A program made the position numbers and the translations under genes. The notes beneath the pieces are model-generated. The model made no database searches. It saw only the letters and a program-made list of their open reading frames with translations, and was not told the origin of the DNA. Shown here in pieces: positions 56,295 through 64,000 of a DNA stretch of 64,000 bases; the first letter of the stretch is position 1, and every line of letters starts with the position of its first letter. The stretch is from Verrucomicrobiota bacterium (GTDB taxonomy: Bacteria; Verrucomicrobiota; Verrucomicrobiia; Limisphaerales; UBA11358): assembly GCA_028873125.1 (NCBI GenBank), contig JAGWMQ010000001.1, positions 36,744 to 100,743 on the forward strand, in the 5' to 3' direction.

Positions 56295-59036
56295 ATGTTC
56301 ATCTCAGGTTTGCAGAAATGGTTTCCGGGGCGGGCGGCGGCCGTTGACGAGCCGCGCCCTTCAGGGTTCCGACCTCGCCCCGCCCTGCGGCTGCTGGGGG
56401 CGCTGGCGCTTGGAATCGCCGGCGTCGCGTGCGCCCGGGAAACAGCCTTCCAACTGGGTTCGGGCTGGGAATTGCAGGACGCGGCCAAGGTCGCGGACCC
56501 GGGCGACCAGATCTCACGGACGGATTATCATCCCGCCGGCTGGCTTCAGGCCACGGTGCCCGGGACGGTCCTGACCAGTCTGGTGAACGACGACGTTTAT
56601 CCCGAACCGCTTTACGGGGAAAACAACCTGAAGATTCCCGACAGCCTCTGCCGCTCGTCGTATTGGTATCGCACGACCTTCACCGTGCCGGCATCCTGGC
56701 GCGGCCGGCACGTGTGGCTGCATTTTGACGGCATCAACTATATCGCCGAGGTCTGGGTCAACGGCCATGACGTGGGGGCGATCAAAGGCGCTTTTGCCCG
56801 CGGCATTTTTGATGTCACCGCCGACGTGGTCGCCGGAAAACCGGCGGCGCTGGCGGTGCACATCCTGCCGCAGCCGCATCCGGGCGAGCCGCACCAGAAA
56901 ACCCTGGCCACCGGCACCGGCCGCAACGGCGGCGTCACGGCCGAGGACGGCCCGACCTTTTTGTGCAGCATCGGCTGGGACTGGATTCCAACGATTCGCG
57001 ACCGGGACATGGGCATCTGGCAAAAGGTCGCCGTGTCGGCCAGCGGCCCGGTGGTATTGCAGGACCCGTACGTGACTTCGGACCTGCCGCTGCCGCGGAC
57101 GGACCCGGCGGACTTGACGGTGCGGGTGACGGTGCATAACGCGACGGAGGCGGCGCAATCCGGCACGCTGACCGGCAAGGGCGGCGGAGGCATTCATTTC
57201 CGCCAGAAAATTTCGCTCCAACCGGGCGAGACGCGCACCATCGTTTTTTCGCCGGCCACGACGCCCTCACTGCGTCTGGAGCATCCCCGGCTCTGGTGGC
57301 CGAACGGTTACGGGCCGCAAAATCTCTACAAGCTGCGTCTGAAATTCACCGCGGACGGCGCGGTTTCGGACGAGCGGGTCGTGACCTTTGGCGTCCGCCA
57401 AATCACCTATTCGGTTCCCGGCTCGGACAACCTGACCTTGTCAGTCAACGGCGTGCCCGTGGCGGCCAAGGGCGGCGACTGGGGAATGGACGAGGCGATG
57501 AAGCGGATTCCGCGCGCGCGGCTGGACGCCATGGTGCGGATGCACCAACTGGCCAACTACACGATCATCCGCAACTGGGTCGGCCAGAGCACCAGCGAGG
57601 ATTTTTACGAGATGTGCGACAAATACGGCCTCCTGGTCTGGGACGAATTCTTCCAGCCCAACCCCGCCGACGGCCCCAATCCGGACGACCCGAAATTGTA
57701 TCTGGCCAACGTGCGGGAAAAGATTCTGCGTTTCCGCAACCATCCGTGCATCGCGCTTTGGTGCGCGCGCAACGAAGGCAACCCGCCGCCGGAAATCGGG
57801 GAAGGCATCCAAAAGTTGATCAACACCCTCGATCCGGGCCGGCTCTATCAACCCAGTTCCACCTCCGGCCGCGGCGTCCACTCGGGTGGGCCGTATCACT
57901 GGCGCACGCCGCGGGAATTTTATTCCTTCCCGGAAAGCGAAGCCTTCAAAACCGAGATTGGCTCGATGTCTGTTCCGACGCTGGAAGCGATTCATGGCAT
58001 GATGCCGTCCAAGGATTGGAACGTCATCAACGACGACTGGGCCGAGCACGATTTCTGCAAGGGCGCGCAGCAGGGCGACCGGTATCCGGGCATCCTGGGC
58101 CGCCGTTACGGGCCGATTCTGAGCCTGGCCGATTTCGTGCGCAAGGCCCAGCTCGCCAACTACGAGGCCTTTCGCGCGATGTACGAAGGGCGGTTTGCGA
58201 AGCTGTTTCATCCGGTCACGGGGGTCATCACTTGGATGAGCGACCCGGCCCAGCCGAGTTTCGTCTGGCAGCTTTACAGCCATGATCTGGAGCCAAACGC
58301 CTCGCTGTTCGCCGTGCGCAAGGCGTGCGAGCCGGTGCACGTGATGATGAACCAGGCCAATTGGCACGTGATGGTCGTCAACAACACGCCGCGCGCACTG
58401 GCCGGCCTGACCGCCAGGACGCGGGTGTTCGACCTGAACGGGACGTTGCAATACACCCACACCGCCGCGCTCACGGCCGCGCCCAGCGCGGCCACCGACG
58501 TTGGAGACATTGCGTTTCCGGAAAACCTTTCACCGGTTCATTTCGTCAAATTGGAATTGCGCGATGCGCAGGGCAAACTGATCTCCGACAATTTTTACTG
58601 GCGCGCCGCGACCAACCAGCCGGATGACTTTCAGGCCTTGAACCGGTTGCCGTTGGTGGCGCTGGACTTCCGGGCGACCCGCCACGAGAAACATGGGAAA
58701 TGCCTCCTGGACGTCACGGTGCACAATCCGACTCATTCGGTGGCCCTCCTGGCGCATCTGCAATTGCGCCGGGCACATTCAGGCCGGCGCGTCCTGCCGG
58801 TGTTCGACAGCGACAACTACTTTTCGCTGTTACCCGACGAAACCAGAACGCTCACCATCGAGGCCGCGGCCGCAGATTTGCGCGGCCAGGCGCCGCTACT
58901 GGCCGTGGACGGTTGGAATGTGACGGCAAAGCCCGTTCCCGCGTCCGGCAGACAGGTGGCGGTCGCCCCCAACAGCGAAGCGCTGGTCATTGGCCGGCAC
59001 CATCCGCCGCTGGACCTGAGCCAGATTGAAAAATAA
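56295..59036 (+). CDS. Glycoside hydrolase family 2 (exo-beta-glucosaminidase / beta-mannosidase-like)
   Basis: VWLHFDGINYIAEVWVNGHDVG (GH2 sugar-binding domain), NHPCIALWCARNEGNPP (acid/base NE motif), FKTEIGS (nucleophile region), plus C-terminal Ig-like domains. Confidence 0.9.
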   Translation: MFISGLQKWFPGRAAAVDEPRPSGFRPRPALRLLGALALGIAGVACARETAFQLGSGWELQDAAKVADPGDQISRTDYHPAGWLQATVPGTVLTSLVNDDVYPEPLYGENNLKIPDSLCRSSYWYRTTFTVPASWRGRHVWLHFDGINYIAEVWVNGHDVGAIKGAFARGIFDVTADVVAGKPAALAVHILPQPHPGEPHQKTLATGTGRNGGVTAEDGPTFLCSIGWDWIPTIRDRDMGIWQKVAVSASGPVVLQDPYVTSDLPLPRTDPADLTVRVTVHNATEAAQSGTLTGKGGGGIHFRQKISLQPGETRTIVFSPATTPSLRLEHPRLWWPNGYGPQNLYKLRLKFTADGAVSDERVVTFGVRQITYSVPGSDNLTLSVNGVPVAAKGGDWGMDEAMKRIPRARLDAMVRMHQLANYTIIRNWVGQSTSEDFYEMCDKYGLLVWDEFFQPNPADGPNPDDPKLYLANVREKILRFRNHPCIALWCARNEGNPPPEIGEGIQKLINTLDPGRLYQPSSTSGRGVHSGGPYHWRTPREFYSFPESEAFKTEIGSMSVPTLEAIHGMMPSKDWNVINDDWAEHDFCKGAQQGDRYPGILGRRYGPILSLADFVRKAQLANYEAFRAMYEGRFAKLFHPVTGVITWMSDPAQPSFVWQLYSHDLEPNASLFAVRKACEPVHVMMNQANWHVMVVNNTPRALAGLTARTRVFDLNGTLQYTHTAALTAAPSAATDVGDIAFPENLSPVHFVKLELRDAQGKLISDNFYWRAATNQPDDFQALNRLPLVALDFRATRHEKHGKCLLDVTVHNPTHSVALLAHLQLRRAHSGRRVLPVFDSDNYFSLLPDETRTLTIEAAAADLRGQAPLLAVDGWNVTAKPVPASGRQVAVAPNSEALVIGRHHPPLDLSQIEK

Positions 59037-59094
59037 GGCCTTGTCTCGCGGACGTTGAAGACGACGTTTTCACCGCATTACCAGCCTGAAATCG

Positions 59095-60879
59095 TCACGT
59101 TGCCGGCGGGTGGGCCGAGAGCCAGAACCGGATCTCCGTCGCCTTGGGATTGTCCGGGTCCAGGGCCAGCACCTTCAAATAATGTGTCCGCGCGCGCTCC
59201 GGGTCGTCCAATTTTTGCGCGTATAAATTGCCCAGCTCCAGATGTACGCGCGCCTGGTCGGGATGAGTGGCCAGGATTTTTTCCAGCTCATTCCTCGCGT
59301 CCAGCACGTAACCCGAGGCCGTGAGCGCCAGGGCGAAAATGTAGCGCGCGTCCGGCGAATCGGGCCGGATTGCCAGGGCCATCTCGTCGGCCTCCAGCGC
59401 CTGCCGGTAGTGGTGCAGCCGATACGCCAGCACGCCATAATTGTATTGCGCCTCGAACCAGCTCGGGTCCTTCTGCGCCGCGCTGCGATAGGATTGCATG
59501 GCCAGTTCGGTTTGGAATCCCTGTTCAAATTGCTGGGCCATGGTGAAATCCCGCTCGGCCTTCGGCCGGTCGCCCGCCGCCGGCTTGGGTGGCGCCGGGT
59601 AGGAATAGCGCGGGAACGTGGGAGGCGCCGGCCGGGCGGGACGGGGAGCCGGTGCGACGACCAGCACGCGGTCCGCCGGCGGCAGTTGCGAGGCGCTGTT
59701 GGCGGAGGTTTTGGCCTGGCCCTTTTCCGGGGCGGAGGAACCAAACCAACGGAGTGGATTCAGATGACCGGCGAAACTTTTTTTCTCTGGCGCCTTGTCC
59801 TCCGGCGGCGGCTCGATGGCGGGAGACTCGGCGGAGGCCTGGGTTTGGGGAGCGACATTAAGGACCGGTTCGGGTCGGACCTGCACAACCTGCGGGCTGG
59901 CCGCGGTCTCCGGCGGCGGATGGGACGGGGCGGCGGCCACGCGGGACGGTCTGGAGGGTTGCGGCACGGGGCGCGATTCTTTCGGTGTTTGCGATTCCTC
60001 CGTTTCCGGTCTGTGGCGCGGTTGGATCGGCGCGGGGACGACGGCGGCTTCCGTCTGGAATTTGGGCGCCGAGGATTGAGATGGCGCGGCGGGCGGCGGT
60101 TGGGACGGGGCGGGGGTCGGCTGTGCCGGCGGTTTTTCCTGCCGCGACTGGAGGAGGGTGCGGACGGCCTCCCAATCAGCCGGACGCGGTTTGAGCGCCA
60201 GATAGGCGAGGTATTCCCGACTGGCCAGCGCGCGGTTGCGCAGGAATTCGTCTTCCACGACCGCCAGGTTCAGCAGCGCGGGCGCGTAGTCGGGATGGGC
60301 GCGCACGGCGGTGGCGAAGTATTGCACGGCCTCCTGTGGAAGGCCCCGCTCCAGCCGCGCCAACCCCAAACCGTTGAGGGCCTCGGCATGGTTCGGATTC
60401 AACAGCAGCGCGGTGCTGAATTTTTTTTCCGCCTCGGCCAGGTCGTGCCGCCGCAACTGCGCCAGGCCGAGTTTGACCCAGCCCTTCGCGTCGTTGGGGC
60501 GGCGGAGGGTGTAGGCGGTGAACTCATCCCGGGCGGCGCCGGGATTGTTCTGCTCCAGCCACAGACAACCCAGGTTGTAATGCGCTTCCACCAGGTCGCG
60601 GTCCAGGGTCAGCGCGCGTTGATACGCCAGGGCGGCGTCGGCGGGCCGCCCGGCGCGCTGCTCGGCCACGCCCAGATAATTCCACGCCTGCGCGTTGGTG
60701 GCCAGCAACGACGTGGCAATCTTGAATACGTCCACGGCCGCCGCGGCCTTTCCGCGATCCAGCAATTCTTTGCCGCGCAGCAACGCCCGCGGTCCGGGTG
60801 GGGCGCAACCGGCCACGATAACGGCCAGGGCGATGAACGCCAAGCCGCCGCGGCGAATGCGATTTTTTTTGGCCGACAT
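59095..60879 (-). CDS. TPR-repeat lipoprotein with a central Pro-rich linker
   Basis: Lipobox VAGC. Multiple TPR units at both ends (AWNYLGVAEQRAG..., AEALNGLGLARLE..., YNYGVLAYRLHHYRQALE...). Confidence 0.8.
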   Translation of the reverse strand: MSAKKNRIRRGGLAFIALAVIVAGCAPPGPRALLRGKELLDRGKAAAAVDVFKIATSLLATNAQAWNYLGVAEQRAGRPADAALAYQRALTLDRDLVEAHYNLGCLWLEQNNPGAARDEFTAYTLRRPNDAKGWVKLGLAQLRRHDLAEAEKKFSTALLLNPNHAEALNGLGLARLERGLPQEAVQYFATAVRAHPDYAPALLNLAVVEDEFLRNRALASREYLAYLALKPRPADWEAVRTLLQSRQEKPPAQPTPAPSQPPPAAPSQSSAPKFQTEAAVVPAPIQPRHRPETEESQTPKESRPVPQPSRPSRVAAAPSHPPPETAASPQVVQVRPEPVLNVAPQTQASAESPAIEPPPEDKAPEKKSFAGHLNPLRWFGSSAPEKGQAKTSANSASQLPPADRVLVVAPAPRPARPAPPTFPRYSYPAPPKPAAGDRPKAERDFTMAQQFEQGFQTELAMQSYRSAAQKDPSWFEAQYNYGVLAYRLHHYRQALEADEMALAIRPDSPDARYIFALALTASGYVLDARNELEKILATHPDQARVHLELGNLYAQKLDDPERARTHYLKVLALDPDNPKATEIRFWLSAHPPAT

Positions 60880-60909
60880 CCGCGGGGGTGGTAGCATTCA
60901 GGCTCTGGA

Positions 60910-61992
60910 GTGTCAAGAAACGCGCAGAGCCTGTGGCGGTCCTGGTTGACCACCGTCGTCGTCGGGTTTTCCGTTGCGCAAACCCGCGCCGCCGGCGCGT
61001 TCGCCTTCGGCGGGCCCGGGGGCGCGACGGCGCGCGTGGTGGTCGTGCAAGACCCCCGCGCCACGGTTGCCTTCCAGCCGGACACCAACCGTGTCCAGGC
61101 CATGGTCAACCGCGGCATCATGGAGTTCACCGGCCGTCCGACGCCGGCCGGGGCTTGGCGCAGCGTGGTCTCCACGAACGACGTGGTCGGCATCAAGGTC
61201 TTTTCCGCCGCCGGCGCCATCAGCGGCACCCGCCCGGCCGTCGTCGCCGCGGTCGTCCGCGGACTGCTCGACGCGGGATTGCCGCCGCGGCACATCATCA
61301 TCTGGGACAAGCGCGCGGACGATTTGCGCGCCGCCGGATTTTTCGCGCTGGCGGCGCAACTGGGCGTCCGCGCGGCGGGCGCGGTGGAGACGGGCTACGA
61401 CCCGACGAATTTCTACCTGCCGGACAGCCCGGTAATTGGCCAGCTCCTTTGGGGCGACTTGGAATTTGGCAAAAAAGGCCCCGACGTCGGCAAGCGCTCC
61501 TTCGTCACCAAGCTCCTCAGCCGGGAAATCACCAGGGTCATCAGCATCGCGCCGCTGTTGAACCAGAATGATGCGGGGGTTTGCGGCCAGCTTTACAGCC
61601 TGGCGATGGGCAGCGTGGACAACACCCTCCGGTTTCAGGACGACCCCGGCCGGCTGGCGGTGGCCGTGCCGGAAATCTATGCGCTGCCGTCCGTCGGCGA
61701 CAAGGTGGCGCTCAACATCACCGACGCCCTCCTCGGCCAGTATGAGGGCGGCGACAGCGTCCTGCTGCATTACGCCACGGCGCTGAACCAGCTCTGGTTC
61801 AGCCGCGACCCCGTGGCGCTCGATACGCTGGCGCTCCGGGAACTGGACCGCGAACGCCGCGCCGCCGGCGCGCCCGAGTTCAAACCCGACACGCAAATCT
61901 ACACCAACGCCGTCCTGCTCCAACTGGGCGTGGGCGACCCGGCGAAAATCAAGATGGAGAAAATCATTGCCGGGCGGGGCTCTCCAGGATAA
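60910..61992 (+). CDS. DUF362-domain protein
   Basis: VGIKV...NDAGVCGQLYSLAMGSVDN...SRDPVALDTLALRE pattern resembles DUF362. GTG start and an N-terminal signal-like segment. Confidence 0.65.
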   Translation: MSRNAQSLWRSWLTTVVVGFSVAQTRAAGAFAFGGPGGATARVVVVQDPRATVAFQPDTNRVQAMVNRGIMEFTGRPTPAGAWRSVVSTNDVVGIKVFSAAGAISGTRPAVVAAVVRGLLDAGLPPRHIIIWDKRADDLRAAGFFALAAQLGVRAAGAVETGYDPTNFYLPDSPVIGQLLWGDLEFGKKGPDVGKRSFVTKLLSREITRVISIAPLLNQNDAGVCGQLYSLAMGSVDNTLRFQDDPGRLAVAVPEIYALPSVGDKVALNITDALLGQYEGGDSVLLHYATALNQLWFSRDPVALDTLALRELDRERRAAGAPEFKPDTQIYTNAVLLQLGVGDPAKIKMEKIIAGRGSPG

Positions 61993-62006
61993 AGGATTTT
62001 TCGGCC

Positions 62007-62618
62007 ATGAAACCCCGCCTCCTGCTCCTGCTGCCGCTGGCTGTGAGTCTCTTGTCCGCCGGCTGCGCTTCCAACCGCCCGCTGGTCAGCGCCTGGCGCG
62101 ATCCTCATTTCTCACCGACCCCGGCGGATACAATCGCCCTGACCTCCCGACCGCTGCCCGGTCCCGGCGACGCCGAACTCCAGCACGCCCTGGTGGCCGA
62201 GTTGCAACACGCCGGATTCCGCCTGGCCCCGCCCGACCAGGCCGATTACACGCTGGCTTTCGCCGTCGAAGACGAGGGAGGCGAAATTATCGTGCCCGCG
62301 TCGAGAATTGTGCCCCAATCTGTGCCGCCAACGCGAATCCTTGCCGTTCCCGGCGCGGCCTTTGAAGTGCCTGGAAGTTCAGCGGAAGGGCCGCAACAAT
62401 TGCCTGCGCCGCCGGCAGCGACAGATTACGTTGACAAAGGCATCCGCCTGTTTCTTTACGCCAATCCCAAGACCCATCCGGGCGGCCTTCAAACCGCGTG
62501 GGAAGGTTGCATTGACGCCGGACATAAAATCTCCACGGAGCGCGAGCCTGTCCTCCTCCGGACGTTGCTCGCCTATTTCGGGCGCGACTACACCGGCCGT
62601 GTCAGCCTGGCGAAATGA
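62007..62618 (+). CDS. Hypothetical lipoprotein
   Basis: MKPRLLLLLPLAVSLLSAGC lipobox; 14 nt downstream of the DUF362 gene. Confidence 0.6.
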   Translation: MKPRLLLLLPLAVSLLSAGCASNRPLVSAWRDPHFSPTPADTIALTSRPLPGPGDAELQHALVAELQHAGFRLAPPDQADYTLAFAVEDEGGEIIVPASRIVPQSVPPTRILAVPGAAFEVPGSSAEGPQQLPAPPAATDYVDKGIRLFLYANPKTHPGGLQTAWEGCIDAGHKISTEREPVLLRTLLAYFGRDYTGRVSLAK

Positions 62619-62692
62619 TCCGCCCTGGTCGGAATTTTCCAAAACCACCCCGTGTCCCGGGCGCTGACTTTGATTCTCCCCCGGCCTTGAGT

Positions 62693-63340
62693 TCACGGCG
62701 CCGGCGCCGAAAGCAGTTCGGCGCGGTAGGCTTGAATCGCGTTGAGCATGAATTGCACGGCCACCGCCGCCAGCAGCAGGCCCATGACGCGGATGGCGAT
62801 GCTCATGGCGATCGGGTTGAGCCAGCGCGCCCCGCGCACCGCCAGCCGGAAGATGAGATAACACACCAGCGCCACCACCACGATGCAGCCGTAGAGCGCG
62901 ACGTGTTGCGGGATGGTCTTGGCCTCGTTCTGGAGCAGGATGGTCGTGGAAATCGCGCCCGGCCCGGCCAGCATGGGGATGGCCAGCGGCGTGACGGCGA
63001 TGTCCGGCTTCTCGATGCCGGCCCGCTTTTCCTCGTGCGTCTCCTGCACGCGCGACCGCTGCACGCGCAGCATGTCCAGCGCGATGATGAGCAGCACGAT
63101 GCTCGCGGCGATTTGAAACGCCGGCATGGTGATGCCGAAGATTTTGAAAATGGACGTTCCCGCGGCGGAAAAGGCCAGCAGCACCACGGCCGTCGTGCAA
63201 CAGGCGATGCGCGCCGTGCGCAGACGCTGGGCGGGCGTGTCGTTCGGCGTCATGGCCAGAAACGCCGGCGCCGTCGCCAGCGGGTCCACAATCACGAACA
63301 GTGAACTGGCCGCCAGCACGATGTATTCGGGCAAACTCAT
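62693..63340 (-). CDS. MarC-family (UPF0056) integral membrane protein
   Basis: LFVIVDPLATAPAFLAM and TPLAIPMLAGPGAIST are MarC signatures. Confidence 0.9.
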   Translation of the reverse strand: MSLPEYIVLAASSLFVIVDPLATAPAFLAMTPNDTPAQRLRTARIACCTTAVVLLAFSAAGTSIFKIFGITMPAFQIAASIVLLIIALDMLRVQRSRVQETHEEKRAGIEKPDIAVTPLAIPMLAGPGAISTTILLQNEAKTIPQHVALYGCIVVVALVCYLIFRLAVRGARWLNPIAMSIAIRVMGLLLAAVAVQFMLNAIQAYRAELLSAPAP

Positions 63341-63508
63341 TCCGACCGTATTAGAAACGGATTCCGGCGAAAGTCAAACCGCGGATCGAGACGAATAAGC
63401 GCCGGTTGAAAATCCATTGGCGCAAAATGAAATCGTCCTGGGAAGAATCCGGCTTGGCGGCGAAGTTCCGTTGTTTTCTTCCGGCCCGGCGCAAGGTAAC
63501 GTCCTCTC

Positions 63509-64000
63509 ATGCGCGCCGTCACGTTGACCACCGACTTCGGCACACGCGACTGGTTCGTCGGCACGATGAAGGGCGTCATCCTGGCGATTGAGCCGCGCGC
63601 CGTCGTGGTGGACCTGACGCACGAGGTGCCGCCGGGGGACCCGCGCGCCGGGGCGTTCGCGTTGATGGCCGGCTGCCGGTTTTTCCCGAAAGGCACGGTG
63701 CACGTGGCCGTCGTTGATCCCGGCGTCGGGGGTCCGCGCCGGGCCATCGCGGCGCAGACGGCCGATTACTGGTTTGTCGGCCCGGACAACGGCGTGCTGT
63801 CCTGGGCGCTGGCGCGCGAACGCGTCAAAACCGTCCGGCAGTTGGAGGCGCGGAAGTATTTTCTGGAGCCGGTCAGCCGGACGTTTCATGGACGCGACAT
63901 TTTCGCGCCGGTGGCGGCGCACCTCTGCCGCGGCCTGCCGGCCCGACAACTGGGACGCGAGTTGAAGGACTGGGTCCGCCTTCCCTGGCCGGAGCCGGTA
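63509..64000 (+). CDS. SAM hydrolase / SAM-dependent halogenase family protein (DUF62), 3'-partial at the window edge
   Basis: Hand translation from ATG 63509: MRAVTLTTDFGTRDWFVGTMKGVI...VHVAVVDPGVGGPRR...FVGPDNGVLSW...FHGRDIFAP. Open to the last base of the window; not in the supplied ORF track. Confidence 0.85.
   Translation, partial: MRAVTLTTDFGTRDWFVGTMKGVILAIEPRAVVVDLTHEVPPGDPRAGAFALMAGCRFFPKGTVHVAVVDPGVGGPRRAIAAQTADYWFVGPDNGVLSWALARERVKTVRQLEARKYFLEPVSRTFHGRDIFAPVAAHLCRGLPARQLGRELKDWVRLPWPEPV

Noticed and set aside
1-64000. tRNA, rRNA, tmRNA, transposase, integrase or prophage genes
   Set aside because: No T-loop-like GGTTCGAATCC motifs, no rRNA-like conserved blocks and no DDE or tyrosine recombinase ORFs were seen by eye. 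A tRNAscan or Rfam scan would be needed to confirm their absence.

Overview
High-GC bacterial chromosomal segment. The gene content suggests the PVC superphylum, most likely Verrucomicrobiota. This is an inference from an H-X9-DG prepilin-like protein, PEP-CTERM proteins, a PSCyt1 haem domain and a TIGR03118-like propeller; no search was run. About 60 protein genes are supported. Housekeeping genes: argH, nadB, panC, a Fur-family gene with sufB-sufC, murJ, infC, uvrC, uvrB, corA. Others: a TetR-controlled RND efflux operon, an ECF sigma/anti-sigma pair, a GH2 glycosidase, an ABC exporter operon, several secreted/PEP-CTERM proteins and four type II toxin-antitoxin cassettes plus an orphan antitoxin-like ORF. 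I found no rRNA, tRNA, CRISPR array, transposase or integrase. Two things stand out. (1) A tightly coupled four-gene operon at 10637-16710: a cupredoxin-fused beta-propeller, a CusF-SCO1 fusion, a lipoprotein octahaem cytochrome, and a PSCyt1 haem domain fused to a large putative outer-membrane beta-barrel. It reads like an undescribed porin-cytochrome/copper electron conduit. (2) Several short dispersed repeat families. One is a 7-nt-periodic family (TTGGAAC/GTTCCAA, GTCCAAA/TTTGGAC) whose consensus has no stop codon in any of the six frames; it sits in intergenic and intercistronic spots and also in frame inside uvrC and a Zn-dehydrogenase gene. Another is an AATTCGYG palindromic family found only between genes. 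A GC-rich hairpin element is inserted in frame in uvrB. Three genes look disrupted (DUF2075-like fragment, Ferritin_2-like gene, one PIN toxin). All calls come from reading the ORF translations and the DNA by eye. Family names are from memory and no database was queried.
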